From contig CAJWZJ010000006.1 of NCBI GenBank assembly GCA_913050245.1, positions 9,212-73,211 of the forward strand: a DNA stretch of 64,000 nt. Reading direction: 5' to 3'. Position 1 is the stretch's first letter, and every line of letters begins with the position of its first letter. Shown here piece after piece: positions 1 through 12,467 of the stretch. The stretch is from an uncultured bacterium. Lineage in GTDB: Bacteria > Desulfobacterota_D > UBA1144. The notes below the pieces were generated by a model. The model ran no database searches. It was not told where the DNA came from and saw nothing but the letters and a program-made list of their open reading frames with translations. The translations under genes and the position numbers were made by a program.

Positions 1-189
1 CTTATGAGTTTCTAAGTCTCGAAAAAAAGGTTCTCCTTTTTCAGTAAATATATCTTTAATTTTCTTAGATTGATCATTTTCAATGGACTGGTCAGTGTCT
101 ATTAGCCTATAGTTTAATTTTCTAGCCAATTCCTTTCCAACGGTTGTTTTCCCAGCACCCATAAAGCCTATTAGAAAGATACTCTTCAA
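1..189 (-). CDS. aroK: Shikimate kinase, N-terminal 63 codons (gene runs off the window start)
   Basis: Minus-strand translation from TTG 189..187 reads LKSIFLIGFMGAGKTTVGKELARKLNYRLIDTDQSIEND..IFTEKGEPFFRDLETHK. This shows a Walker-A GxGKT, a DTD motif and the FR-x-x-E pattern of shikimate kinases. It is absent from the ORF track because the window edge truncates it. The TTG overlaps the ribE TGA stop (TTGA). Confidence 0.75.
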   Translation of the reverse strand, partial: MKSIFLIGFMGAGKTTVGKELARKLNYRLIDTDQSIENDQSKKIKDIFTEKGEPFFRDLETHK

Positions 190-779
190 CTTTTCACCAA
201 TTTTTCTATATATTTAGCGACCTGGTCGAACTCTAAATTCACTTTTTGTTTTTTTCTCCAAACTCTGGAGTTAGTTTCGGAATCTGTATGTGGAATAATA
301 TTTACAGAGAAACTATTATTTTTTACTTGGTTTACAGTTAGGCTGATTCCATCAATACAAATTGAGCCTTTTTCAATTAAATATTTTCTATACTTCGATC
401 TAATTTTAAACCAATATTCAGTGGATTTGCCTGATTTTTTTAGTGAAAGAATCTCGCCAATGCTATCAATATGTCCGCTTACAATGTGGCCACCAAATCT
501 ATCACTTGCTTTCATTGCTCTTTCAAGATTAATTATATCTCCAACTTTCCTATCACCTAAGTTGGTTTTTGATAAAGTTTCAAGCGATGTTAATGTGCTA
601 AAAAAAGTTTTACCAATTTTTGTCACTGTTAAGCACGTTCCGTTAATTGCAATTGAATCACCTAACTTTAATTTAGGACTAAGAATTTTTTTACATTTAA
701 TAGTAATCAATCTTTCGCCCGAATTAATTTTTTGAATTTTACTTAGAAATCCAACCTCTTCTACTATGCCCGTAAACAA
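186..779 (-). CDS. ribE: Riboflavin synthase alpha chain
   Basis: 197 aa. N-terminal MFTGIVEE, plus two lumazine-binding repeats (GDSIAINGTCLTV and GSICIDGISLTV). Confidence 0.9.
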   Translation of the reverse strand: MFTGIVEEVGFLSKIQKINSGERLITIKCKKILSPKLKLGDSIAINGTCLTVTKIGKTFFSTLTSLETLSKTNLGDRKVGDIINLERAMKASDRFGGHIVSGHIDSIGEILSLKKSGKSTEYWFKIRSKYRKYLIEKGSICIDGISLTVNQVKNNSFSVNIIPHTDSETNSRVWRKKQKVNLEFDQVAKYIEKLVKS

Positions 780-1225
780 TTTCTTTTCTCCACAATATTA
801 ATTAAAATAAAAATAATAATACCAGAAGTAATAAATACATCTGCAAAATTAAAAGCAGGCCAATGTAATTCTTTATAGTAAAAATCTATAAAGTCTATAA
901 CCCCATTTTTAAATATTCTATCGAATAAATTGCTAATACCTCCACCGATAATCAAAGAAACAGGAAAAAGAAATACTTTATTTTCATAAAAAATTTTTAA
1001 AAGCAGATAAATAATTATAATAAAGAGAAAAAGATTAATTATTAAATAATATAAATATGGAATATCAGAAAAAAAGCCAAATATAAAACCAGTATTTTTA
1101 AAATAAACAATATTTAAATAGTTATTAATTTCCATTAACTGATTAGGTTTTAGTTTTAAAGTAATTAAATATTTTGATATCTGATCAATTAGTAAAAAAA
1201 TTAATGAATAAAAGTAGAATTTCAT
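764..1225 (-). CDS. lspA: Lipoprotein signal peptidase II
   Basis: 153 aa polytopic protein with DQISK, NTGFIFG, GGGISNLFDR and FNFADVFI motifs typical of LspA. Confidence 0.9.
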   Translation of the reverse strand: MKFYFYSLIFLLIDQISKYLITLKLKPNQLMEINNYLNIVYFKNTGFIFGFFSDIPYLYYLIINLFLFIIIIYLLLKIFYENKVFLFPVSLIIGGGISNLFDRIFKNGVIDFIDFYYKELHWPAFNFADVFITSGIIIFILINIVEKRNCLRA

Positions 1226-1695
1226 TAGAAAATTTTATTTAATATATATTCTTTGGTTCCAGACGGGGTTCTGACTGAGAATTCATCTCCCTCCATCTTC
1301 CCGATCACACCTCTGCCTAAAGGGGATTCTATTGAGATAGAACCTTTATCTGGGTCAGATTCTTCTGGTCCTAGTAACTGATAAGAAATTATTTTGCCTG
1401 TTTCTATCTCTTCAATTTCAAAAGATAAGCCAAAAATTATTTTTGTTTTATCTTTGATATTACTTATATCTATCACTGTACAAGAAGCTAGTTTGGTTTC
1501 TAACTCTCCAATTCTTTTATCAATAAATGCTTGTCTATCTTTAGCTGTCTCATATTCAGCATTTTCTGAAAGATCTCCAAGCGACCTAGCAAATTCAATC
1601 ATCTTGATAACTTTAGGCCTTTCTTCATTTTTAAGCCTTTTTAATTCTTCTTGAAGAAATTTAAATCCATGAGATGAAATTGGTATTTTTTCCAT
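1225..1695 (-). CDS. greA: Transcription elongation factor GreA
   Basis: 156 aa. GDLSENAEYETAKDRQ in the coiled-coil finger, followed by a Gre C-terminal domain. Confidence 0.93.
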   Translation of the reverse strand: MEKIPISSHGFKFLQEELKRLKNEERPKVIKMIEFARSLGDLSENAEYETAKDRQAFIDKRIGELETKLASCTVIDISNIKDKTKIIFGLSFEIEEIETGKIISYQLLGPEESDPDKGSISIESPLGRGVIGKMEGDEFSVRTPSGTKEYILNKIF

Positions 1696-1709
1696 AATAA
1701 ATTATACCT

Positions 1710-4700
1710 CTAAAAATAATCTTGGAGTGGTTTAACTTTTATTTCTTCATTTTTCAAATATTCAATTGCATCAACACCAGCAATAGCACCGGCGACAGTT
1801 GTAAAGTATGGAATTTGCTTTACTAGAGATGTTCTTCTGATTGAGAATGACTCTAAAATTTCATTACTGCTAAATGTTGTGTTAATTACTAAATCAATCT
1901 TATCATCTTTTATTAAATCTAATATATTGTTACCACCATCTTTAACTTTTTTCACAATGCTAGAGTTAATATCATTTTTTTTAAGATATTGATGAGTCCC
2001 CTCCGTTGAAACTAAATCAAAATCAAGTAATTGTAATTTCTTTGCTACCTCAACAATCTTTTCTTTATCATCATTTTTAACACTTATAAAAGCTGTTCCT
2101 GAATTTGGAAGGGTATTACCTGCTGCAATTTGGGCTTTAGCAAAAGCAGCCTTTAAATCTTTATCTATACCCATTACTTCTCCAGTTGATTTCATTTCGG
2201 GTCCTAAGATTGTATCAACATTAGGAAATTTAATAAAAGGAAAAACTGATTCTTTAACACAAAAATGATCTATATTAAAATCATCAGGGACTTTAAGTTC
2301 GTCTAGCGTTTTACCGGCCATTATTCTAGCTGATAATTTAGCTAAAGGAACTCCAATTGCTTTAGAAATGAATGGCACAGTTCTACTCGCTCTGGGGTTA
2401 ACTTCAATTATGTATAGTTTTTCATTCTTAATTGCATATTGGATATTTAAAAAACCTTTAACTTTAAGTTTTAAAGCTATATCTTTTGTCTTTAATTTAA
2501 TTTCATCTATTAATTTTCTTGTTAGAGAGTGAGGTGGCAAAACCATTGTGCTATCACCCGAGTGAATTCCAGCCTCTTCTATATGTTCCAATATTCCACA
2601 AATTACTACTCTCTTCCCATCTGATATTGCATCAACATCAACTTCTTTTGCATCATTCAAAAACCTATCCATAAGAACAGGTCTGTCGTTTGATGCTTTG
2701 ACAGCCTCAGTAAGATACCTTTCAAGATCTGACTCAGAATATACAATCTCCATAGCTCTCCCACCAAGAACATAAGAGGGTCTAACTATAATTGGAAATC
2801 CAATCTCTTTAGATTTTAAAATCGCATCCTCAGTCGACTTGGCAATTCTTGAATCAGGTTGAAGTATTGATAACTCTTTCATTAATGTATTAAACCTTTC
2901 TCTGTCTTCAGCTAAATCAATACTGTCTGGAGATGTACCAATTATTTTTCCCCCACCTGACTCAATATCTATTGCAAGCTTTAAAGGTGTTTGGCCTCCA
3001 AAATGAACTATTATACCGCTTGGCTTTTCTTTATTTATTATTGATAAAGTATCTTCTATTGTCAGGGGTTCAAAATATAATTTATCCGAAGTATCGTAAT
3101 CGGTGCTAACCGTTTCTGGATTACAATTCACCATTATGGTTTGAAATCCATCTTCTTTTAATGCAAATGAGGCATGAACGCAACAATAATCAAATTCAAT
3201 TCCTTGGCCAATTCTATTAGGTCCTCCGCCTAAAATCATTATCTTCTCTATATTTTCAGGATTTGATTCATCTTCATCCTGATAAGTTGAATACAAGTAT
3301 GGCGTATAGGCTTCAAATTCTGCCGCACAAGTGTCTACCATTTTATAAGTAGGCTCAATTTTAAACTTGGTTCTTATTTCTCTTATTTCTTTCTCACTGC
3401 AATTTTTTAGATGTGCTAAAAACTTATCAGAAATACCATTCTTCTTTGCGTTTAAAATATTACTTGGATTAATATCGTATTTTTTAATTTCATCCTCAGT
3501 ATCCATAATCTCTTTAATATTGTTTAAAAACCACCTATCAATTTTTGTGAGATCAAATATTTCATCGATACTCATTCCTTGTCTGAATGCATTTCCTAAA
3601 AACCAAAGCTTCCTTGGATTGTTTGAAGAGAGCACGTCCAATGTCAAATTTTTATCAGTTGAAAAATCGTCAAATCCACAAGTATCAACCTCTAAGGACC
3701 TTAAAGCTTTTCCCAAAGCCTCCTTAAAATTGCTTCCTATTGACATGACCTCACCAACTGATTTCATTTGAGTACCAAGTTCAGGACTTGTTTGAGGGAA
3801 TTTCTCAAAAGTAAATCTTGGAATCTTCACTACTACATAATCAAGAGTTGGCTCAAAAGAAGCTGGTGTATGCCTAGTAATATCATTGGGTAATTCATCA
3901 AGAGTGTATCCAACAGCAAGCTTTGCTGCAATCTTTGCAATTGGGTATCCTGTTGCTTTAGACGCTAAAGCCGAGCTTCTTGATACTCTGGGATTCATTT
4001 CAATTACTACAACATCCCCATTATCAGGATTAACACCAAACTGAATATTTGATCCTCCTGTATCAACACCAATTTCTCTAATAATATCAATTGAATAATC
4101 TCGTAATTCTTGATATTGCTTATCAGTAAGGGTTTGTGCGGGGGCCACAGTGATACTATCACCAGTATGGACTCCCATTGGATCGAAATTCTCAATAGAA
4201 CATATAATAATTACGTTGTCATTACTATCCCTAACAACCTCAAGCTCATACTCTTTCCAGCCAACAATTGATTCATCTATCTGTACCTCAGATACTGGCG
4301 AAGAATCTAGAGCAGCTTTGAGTAAAGATTCAAAATCATCTTTTGAATATGAAATACTACCCCCTGTACCACCAAGGGTAAATGAAGGTCTCAAGATAGC
4401 AGGAAAGCCAATTTTAGAAATATCTTTGAGTCCTTGATCAAGGTTTGTAACGATTATACTTTTTGGTACTCTAAGTCCAATTTTTTCCATAGCAATTTTA
4501 AACTTTTCTCTTTTTTCGGCTTTATCTATTGAATTTATGCTCGCCCCTATCAATTCAACATTGTATTTTTTCAAAACTCCTAACTCATCTAGTTTCATAG
4601 CCAGATTCAATGCAGTCTGTCCACCTATAGTAGGAAGAAGGGCATCAGGCTTCTCTTTATCAATTATTTTCTCTAGTATTTCAGGAGTTAGGGGTTCGAC

Positions 4701-4895
4701 ATATGTCCTATGAGAGAAATCGGGATCAGTCATAATTGTTGCGGGATTACTATTAACTAAAATAACTTTATAGCCCTCTTCTTTTAAGGCTTTACATGCT
4801 TGTGTACCTGAATAATCAAATTCACAAGCCTGGCCAATTACTATTGGTCCTGAACCTATTACTAAAATAGATTTAATATCGTTTCTTTTTGGCAT
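1710..4895 (-). CDS. carB: Carbamoyl-phosphate synthase large subunit
   Basis: 1061 aa. N-terminus is [24 protein letters not shown]. It has duplicated ATP-grasp halves (second half [20 protein letters not shown]) and an MGS-like C-terminus. Confidence 0.97.
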   Translation of the reverse strand: MPKRNDIKSILVIGSGPIVIGQACEFDYSGTQACKALKEEGYKVILVNSNPATIMTDPDFSHRTYVEPLTPEILEKIIDKEKPDALLPTIGGQTALNLAMKLDELGVLKKYNVELIGASINSIDKAEKREKFKIAMEKIGLRVPKSIIVTNLDQGLKDISKIGFPAILRPSFTLGGTGGSISYSKDDFESLLKAALDSSPVSEVQIDESIVGWKEYELEVVRDSNDNVIIICSIENFDPMGVHTGDSITVAPAQTLTDKQYQELRDYSIDIIREIGVDTGGSNIQFGVNPDNGDVVVIEMNPRVSRSSALASKATGYPIAKIAAKLAVGYTLDELPNDITRHTPASFEPTLDYVVVKIPRFTFEKFPQTSPELGTQMKSVGEVMSIGSNFKEALGKALRSLEVDTCGFDDFSTDKNLTLDVLSSNNPRKLWFLGNAFRQGMSIDEIFDLTKIDRWFLNNIKEIMDTEDEIKKYDINPSNILNAKKNGISDKFLAHLKNCSEKEIREIRTKFKIEPTYKMVDTCAAEFEAYTPYLYSTYQDEDESNPENIEKIMILGGGPNRIGQGIEFDYCCVHASFALKEDGFQTIMVNCNPETVSTDYDTSDKLYFEPLTIEDTLSIINKEKPSGIIVHFGGQTPLKLAIDIESGGGKIIGTSPDSIDLAEDRERFNTLMKELSILQPDSRIAKSTEDAILKSKEIGFPIIVRPSYVLGGRAMEIVYSESDLERYLTEAVKASNDRPVLMDRFLNDAKEVDVDAISDGKRVVICGILEHIEEAGIHSGDSTMVLPPHSLTRKLIDEIKLKTKDIALKLKVKGFLNIQYAIKNEKLYIIEVNPRASRTVPFISKAIGVPLAKLSARIMAGKTLDELKVPDDFNIDHFCVKESVFPFIKFPNVDTILGPEMKSTGEVMGIDKDLKAAFAKAQIAAGNTLPNSGTAFISVKNDDKEKIVEVAKKLQLLDFDLVSTEGTHQYLKKNDINSSIVKKVKDGGNNILDLIKDDKIDLVINTTFSSNEILESFSIRRTSLVKQIPYFTTVAGAIAGVDAIEYLKNEEIKVKPLQDYF

Positions 4896-4903
4896 AAGTA
4901 ATA

Positions 4904-6772
<1,869 letters not shown>

Positions 6773-6837
6773 TTATAAATTTTACCATAATATAATATTT
6801 TTAAATTATATAAAAAAATTATTATAATCTTATATAT

Positions 6838-7839
6838 ATGAGTGAAGAATATTATTTAGCGATTGAAACATCATGTGATGAAACATGTTCATCAATAATT
6901 AACAGTGATGGAAATATAATCTCTAATGTAGTTTTTAGCCAAGCTGAAATCCATAATAAATATGGGGGTGTTCTACCAGACATTGCATCAAAAAATCATA
7001 CAGAAAAAATTGGTGTTGTTATTGAGGAATCTCTACAAAAAGCAAATATTGAATTAAAAGAAGTAAAAAAGGTATTTGTTACAAATGGTCCAGGATTAAT
7101 AAATTGTCTAATGATAGGAGTAACAGCTGCCAGAACTATTTCTTTAATAAATCAAATACCCGTATATCCCATAAATCATGTAGAAGGTCACATTGCATCA
7201 TGCTTTATTGAACATAAAATTACGTTCCCCGCTCTATGCCTTGTGGTTTCCGGAGGACATACCAGTATGTTCATGCTTTATAATTCGAAAGAATTTAATT
7301 TAATTGGAAATACAGTTGATGATGCCGCGGGTGAAGCTTTCGACAAAGGTGCAAAAATTTTAGGTCTAGGTTACCCAGGAGGAATATTAATTGATAAACT
7401 ATCAAAAAATGTCAAAAAAGATTTTTATAAATTTCCAATAGCTAAAATGGGCAAAAACTCACTCAACTTTAGTTTTAGTGGCCTTAAAACATCGTTAAAA
7501 TATTACTTAGATAAAAATAAAGACTGGGAAAAAAATTTAAATCAAATCGCGGCAAGTTATCAAGAAGCGATTGTTGACTCTCTCTTAGAAAATCTTCTTA
7601 AGGCATTTAAAAAATTTAATCCATCATCAATTATGATCACGGGAGGTGTTGCCTGTAATTCAAGACTAAGATCCAAAGCTGAGGAAGCTTTCAAAAATAA
7701 AACAAAAGTTTTCATTCCATCAATCCAATACTGTACTGATAATGCAGCAATGATTGGCAAAAGAGGATTTCAATTAGAAAATGATTTAAATTTAAAAGGT
7801 GAATTTGAAGTCTTTAGTACTTCTAAAAAATTAGTTTAA
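6838..7839 (+). CDS. tsaD: tRNA N6-adenosine threonylcarbamoyltransferase
   Basis: 333 aa. Shows AIETSCDETC, the HVEGH metal site and the GGVACN motif of the Kae1/TsaD family. Confidence 0.93.
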   Translation: MSEEYYLAIETSCDETCSSIINSDGNIISNVVFSQAEIHNKYGGVLPDIASKNHTEKIGVVIEESLQKANIELKEVKKVFVTNGPGLINCLMIGVTAARTISLINQIPVYPINHVEGHIASCFIEHKITFPALCLVVSGGHTSMFMLYNSKEFNLIGNTVDDAAGEAFDKGAKILGLGYPGGILIDKLSKNVKKDFYKFPIAKMGKNSLNFSFSGLKTSLKYYLDKNKDWEKNLNQIAASYQEAIVDSLLENLLKAFKKFNPSSIMITGGVACNSRLRSKAEEAFKNKTKVFIPSIQYCTDNAAMIGKRGFQLENDLNLKGEFEVFSTSKKLV

Positions 7840-10800
7840 TTTTGGATTAAGAAAATCAAAATCATCAATATTTATTCCATTTAAGTCTAAAATTCTATTT
7901 ATTTCTTTTGGAATAATTCTTACAAAAGATTTAATTTCTACATCAAAATTTTCTAAGATTTCTTTTGCTTTTAGACTTCTAGTTAAGTCATAATGTAATT
8001 CCACAATATTTCTTATTTTAATTTTATCTCTATCGCTTATTTCATCTATAAAAACCATTTCTGGATTTATCTGTTCATCAAGATTTTGATTCTCATTGTA
8101 AATATATGTAATGCCACCTGACATGCCTGCACCAAGATTTTTACCCACAGGTCCAAGTATGTATACTTCTCCTCCTGTCATATATTCACATGCATGGTCG
8201 CCAACACCCTCGACTACGGTTAGCGCACCGCTATTTCTAACACAAAATCTTTCTCCCGCTGCACCAGCTGCAAATAAAGATCCTCCGGTTGCACCGTAGA
8301 GAACAGTATTGCCTACTATGGAATTTCCTTGAATATCAAAATTCGTTGAAGAGTTTGGGTAGATTGCTATTCTCCCACCATTCATAGACTTACCAACATA
8401 ATCATTAGCTTCGCCTTCTAAATTAAGATTAACTCCATTAATAAGATATCCACCAAAAGATTGGCCAGCAATACCTTTGAAAGAAACATTTATTGTATCA
8501 TCCGGCAAACCTTTATTGCCATATTTTTTTGCAATCGCTCCTGATAAAATAGCTCCAACCGTTCTATCAACTGTAGATATATTTAATTCAATTTTATTAG
8601 AAACTAGTTCATCAATGCTCTTTCTAAAGAAATTTATAAGTTCAAAATCAATTGGGTCCTCAACTCTATTATTTCTTTCGATTACTCTTTTTCTAGGTTT
8701 TAGATTAGATGGATCGGGATCAGCTATTATTCTAGATAAATCAATATTTTTAGTTTTATTATAATTTGCTTTTGTTTTTTGCTTAATTAGCTCTGTCCTT
8801 CCAATGATATCATCAAGTGATTTTACCCCAATCTTTGCAAGGATAGCTCTTACATCATTTGCTACGGAATAGAGATAATTTACAGCTTGCTCTGGTATAC
8901 CAGGAAATTTTTCTCTAAGTTCTGGTTTTTGTGAGGCTATCCCAACGGGACAAGTATTTAAATGACATTGCCTAGCCATAACGCATCCTAAAGCAACAAG
9001 AACTGATGTTCCAAAACCAAATTCCTCGGCTCCTAAGATAGCTGCTACAACAACATCAAAGCCTCTTTGAAAACCCCCATCAACAGTCAGAGTTACTCTA
9101 CCTCTCAAATCATTCATAACTAAAACTTGGTGGGTTTCTGACAATCCCATTTCCCAAGGTATGCCAGCATGCTTTATAGAACCAAGAGGTGATGCTCCCG
9201 TACCACCTTCGCATCCACTTATCTGAATATAATCTGCATAACCTTTAGCGACTCCAGCAGCAACAGTCCCAACTCCGACTTCGGAAACTAGCTTGACGCC
9301 TACTTTTGCATTAACATTTGCATGTTTTAAATCATAAATTAATTGGGCAAGATCTTCTATGCTATAAATATCATGATGAGGGGGCGGAGAGATTAGTCCA
9401 ACTCCTGGGATTGAATTTCTTTGGGATGCAATCTCTTCTGTAACTTTATTGCCAGGTATTTGTCCACCTTCACCAGGTTTTGCACCTTGAGCCATTTTTA
9501 TTTCAATTTGATTGGCTGATGATAAATATTCGGGAGTTACTCCAAACCTACCAGATGCTACTTGCTTAATGGAACTATTTTTTGAATCACCATTTTCATC
9601 AGTTTCAAATCTATCTGAATTTTCTCCCCCTTCTCCACTATTACTTTTACCTCCAATTCGGTTCATAGCTATTGCAACTGCTTCGTGGGCCTCAGTACTT
9701 AACGCCCCATGAGACATGGCTCCAGTTCTAAATCTTTTCATAATTTCTTCTTCGGACTCAACTTCATCTATTGAAATAGAGCCTTTCGACTCTAACTCAA
9801 ATAAATCTCGGATTAAAGAAGGTGGTCTTGAATCATGTAAATCATTAAATTTTACATAATCTTCATAGGATGCAGTCTTAGATAATTTTCTAAGAGCTTT
9901 AAAAATAGGTGGATTCAAAGAATGGTATTCACCATCTTTTCTAAAACGATAAATACCTTCCTCTTTTAATTTATCAATTTTATCATCGGAAAAAGCATTG
10001 GAGTGGAGAGTCATAATATCTTTCTCAATATTTTTTAGAGACACACCTTCAATTCTTGTCACAGTTCCGGGAAAAAACCTATTTACTGTTTTTGAATCTA
10101 TCCCAACTATTTCAAATATTTGGGAGCCAGTATAACTTGCCACTGTGCTTATACCCATTTTAGATAATACTTTCAAAATTCCTCTTTCTAGCCCAAGTTT
10201 ATAATTAGCTAAATATTCATCTTGGTTTCCATCAAATTTAGACATCCAATTTTTAACACTTTCGAAAGCAAGGTATGGATAAACTGCAGAAGCTCCATAT
10301 CCTAATAAACAACAAACGTGGTGGTCTTCTTTTATTTCACCAGATTCCACAATTATTGATGTTTTCATTCTTAACCCGTTCTGAATCAATGAATTGTGTA
10401 TGTTAGAAACCAATATCTGAATAGGAACTGCAGCTTTTTCTTTATTTAGTTCTCTATCACTTAATATAATTATATTTGAACCTTTTCTGACATTTTCAAG
10501 AACTTTATCAGTTATTTGGCTAATAGATTTTGTAAGATCCGATCTTTTAGAAATAAAAAAGGTTGTATCAATTTCTGAAACTTTTAAATTTGAATTATTA
10601 AAGTTTTTTATAAAATTTAGCTCATTATTTGTTAAAACAGGTGAATCAAAATAATAAAACTGATTCTTAGCATTTTCAATATTAAAAAAAGAAGATTTAT
10701 CACCTAAAATAACTCTCAAGGACATAACACTATCTTCACGATATGGATCAATTGGAGGATTAGTAACTTGAGCAAAACTTTGCTTGAAATAATTAAAGAC

Positions 10801-12360
10801 AGATTGAGGTTTTGATGATAATGCAGCTATTGGAGTATCATCACCCATTGAACCAATAGGTTCTTTACCGGTTAAGCTCATAGGCTCAAAAAGTCTTTCT
10901 AAATCTTCTAAAGAATATCCAAAAGCTTTTTGAAGTAATAATAGTTTTTCGGAATCAATATTTTCTTTTGAATAAGATTCTTTATTGCTGCTAACTATTT
11001 TGGTTATTGAATGAAAATTCTCAGAGGTCCATTTTTCATAATCAAACTTATTATAAATCTCAGATTTAATTTCTGAATTACTTAATAATATCTTTCTTTC
11101 AGTATCGATGGCTATCATTTTTCCAGGAGCAATTCTTCCAGATCTTACAATCTCTGAAGGATCTATTCTAACCATTCCTGCCTCAGAGCCTAGAACAATC
11201 ATGTTGTCTTTAGTAATGTGATATCGAACTGGCCTCAGGCCATTTCTATCTAGTGCTGCACCCAAAATATTTCCGTCTGTAAATACCAAAGCTGCGGGGC
11301 CATCCCATGGTTCAACTATGCATGATGTGGTTTCATAAAAACTTTTCAATTTAGGATCAAAGCTTGGGTCTTTTTCATAAGCTTCAGGTATGAGCATAGA
11401 GATTGACTTTAAAACATCACCGTTTGTAAGACTCATTAACTCAAGTGCATTGTCGAGCTCAGCAGAATCACTACCTCCAGGCATTATAAAAGGAGTTATA
11501 TCATTTATATTATTCTTCCAAACCTCAGAAAAACATTCTTTTTCTCTAGCCATCATCCAATTGGTGTTTCCTTTTATAGTATTAATCTCTCCATTATGGG
11601 CCAAAAACCTAAAAGGTTGTGCCAGTTTCCATTCTGGAAAAGTATTAGTGCTATATCTTTGATGGAACATAACCTTGTTGGTCTTATAATTAGGGTTTCT
11701 AAGATCAAGAAAAAATTGATCTAATTGATGGGCCTGAAGCATTCCCTTATAGATTATTGATTTACTTGAAAATGAACAACAATACACTTCATCTAATTTG
11801 TTCTTTTCGGACTGACTTGCAATAGTTTTTCTTAAGGAATAGAGTTTTCTTTCAAAATCATTTTGATTTGTAAAATTAACGTCTTTAACAAAAAATTGAA
11901 AAATGTCTGGCTTTGATTCTAAAGCTCTTTCACCAAGTGCAAAGTCATTAACTGGAACTTCCCTTGAAGCAATGAGCTTAATATCTTTTTCTTTAAGAAT
12001 TTTTTCTATAAGATTTAAACTTTTTTTATGTGTCAGATTTTCCTTTCGCGGCAAAAAATACATACCCACACCAAAGTTACCGATAGTAATCTGATCAATA
12101 TCTTCTTTAGATAAAAATTCATCGAAAAGCTCAAAAGGTAACTGAGTTAACACGCCCGCTCCATCACCAGTTTTCTTATCTCCACCAACTGCTCCGCGAT
12201 GGGTAAGATTTATTACAGCCTCGAGTCCTTTCTGAAGAATCTTATTAGATCTCTTTCCTTCAATATCAGCTACAAAGCCTACACCGCATGCGTCATGCTC
12301 ATAACTTTTTTCATATAAAGTTCGCTCAATATTCATAACGTTTGATAGGGGTTTTTCCAC
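7831..12360 (-). CDS. gltB: Glutamate synthase large subunit
   Basis: 1509 aa. Ntn-amidotransferase catalytic Cys (EHDACGVGF), an FMN domain (IKQVASGRFGVTPEYL, GEGGTGASP) and a C-terminal GXGXG beta-helix domain. The GTG start at 12360 follows GAGGTG by 8 nt. Confidence 0.95.
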   Translation of the reverse strand: MEKPLSNVMNIERTLYEKSYEHDACGVGFVADIEGKRSNKILQKGLEAVINLTHRGAVGGDKKTGDGAGVLTQLPFELFDEFLSKEDIDQITIGNFGVGMYFLPRKENLTHKKSLNLIEKILKEKDIKLIASREVPVNDFALGERALESKPDIFQFFVKDVNFTNQNDFERKLYSLRKTIASQSEKNKLDEVYCCSFSSKSIIYKGMLQAHQLDQFFLDLRNPNYKTNKVMFHQRYSTNTFPEWKLAQPFRFLAHNGEINTIKGNTNWMMAREKECFSEVWKNNINDITPFIMPGGSDSAELDNALELMSLTNGDVLKSISMLIPEAYEKDPSFDPKLKSFYETTSCIVEPWDGPAALVFTDGNILGAALDRNGLRPVRYHITKDNMIVLGSEAGMVRIDPSEIVRSGRIAPGKMIAIDTERKILLSNSEIKSEIYNKFDYEKWTSENFHSITKIVSSNKESYSKENIDSEKLLLLQKAFGYSLEDLERLFEPMSLTGKEPIGSMGDDTPIAALSSKPQSVFNYFKQSFAQVTNPPIDPYREDSVMSLRVILGDKSSFFNIENAKNQFYYFDSPVLTNNELNFIKNFNNSNLKVSEIDTTFFISKRSDLTKSISQITDKVLENVRKGSNIIILSDRELNKEKAAVPIQILVSNIHNSLIQNGLRMKTSIIVESGEIKEDHHVCCLLGYGASAVYPYLAFESVKNWMSKFDGNQDEYLANYKLGLERGILKVLSKMGISTVASYTGSQIFEIVGIDSKTVNRFFPGTVTRIEGVSLKNIEKDIMTLHSNAFSDDKIDKLKEEGIYRFRKDGEYHSLNPPIFKALRKLSKTASYEDYVKFNDLHDSRPPSLIRDLFELESKGSISIDEVESEEEIMKRFRTGAMSHGALSTEAHEAVAIAMNRIGGKSNSGEGGENSDRFETDENGDSKNSSIKQVASGRFGVTPEYLSSANQIEIKMAQGAKPGEGGQIPGNKVTEEIASQRNSIPGVGLISPPPHHDIYSIEDLAQLIYDLKHANVNAKVGVKLVSEVGVGTVAAGVAKGYADYIQISGCEGGTGASPLGSIKHAGIPWEMGLSETHQVLVMNDLRGRVTLTVDGGFQRGFDVVVAAILGAEEFGFGTSVLVALGCVMARQCHLNTCPVGIASQKPELREKFPGIPEQAVNYLYSVANDVRAILAKIGVKSLDDIIGRTELIKQKTKANYNKTKNIDLSRIIADPDPSNLKPRKRVIERNNRVEDPIDFELINFFRKSIDELVSNKIELNISTVDRTVGAILSGAIAKKYGNKGLPDDTINVSFKGIAGQSFGGYLINGVNLNLEGEANDYVGKSMNGGRIAIYPNSSTNFDIQGNSIVGNTVLYGATGGSLFAAGAAGERFCVRNSGALTVVEGVGDHACEYMTGGEVYILGPVGKNLGAGMSGGITYIYNENQNLDEQINPEMVFIDEISDRDKIKIRNIVELHYDLTRSLKAKEILENFDVEIKSFVRIIPKEINRILDLNGINIDDFDFLNPKLN

Positions 12361-12378
12361 AGTTCAAACACCTCACTT

Positions 12379-12413
12379 GCTCTTTTAACTCATGAGCTAT
12401 GAGGAGCTTTTTT
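12379..12413. other. Imperfect G+C-enriched hairpin in the gltB leader (looks like an intrinsic terminator when read on the + strand)
   Basis: The + strand reads GCTC-ttttaa-CTCAT-gagct-ATGAG-GAGC-TTTTTT (12379..12413). On the gltB-sense strand the same stem sits between an A6 run and the GAGGTG SD. Confidence 0.35.
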
Positions 12414-12434
12414 ACCATGCTCTATGGTCAATAT

Positions 12435-12463
12435 ATTATATATTTTAACTAAAATCCTAGCAA
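12435..12463 (-). promoter_or_regulatory. Candidate sigma70-type promoter of gltB (TTGCTA-17 nt-TATAAT)
   Basis: On the minus strand, TTGCTA is at 12463..12458 and TATAAT at 12440..12435. It lies directly downstream of the PrmA-like stop codon. Specificity is low in AT-rich DNA. Confidence 0.3.
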
Positions 12464-12467
12464 GATA

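Noticed and set aside
421-735. Track ORFs lying antisense inside well-supported genes. Examples: 421..735+, 1394..1654+, 3367..3771+, 8477..8764+, 24150..24521-, 24963..25385+, 31388..31822+, 46887..47180-, 59666..59980+.
   Set aside because: Each lies entirely within and opposite a conserved housekeeping gene. Their sequences are Ser/Leu/Phe/Ile-rich and low in complexity, as expected from the reverse complement of AT-rich codons. None has an SD or a recognisable motif.
12379-12413. Hairpin plus T6, read as an intrinsic terminator on the + strand.
   Set aside because: No + strand gene ends nearby, since the region upstream on that strand is antisense to gltB. It is kept as a leader or antisense-terminator candidate, not called as a bona fide gene terminator.
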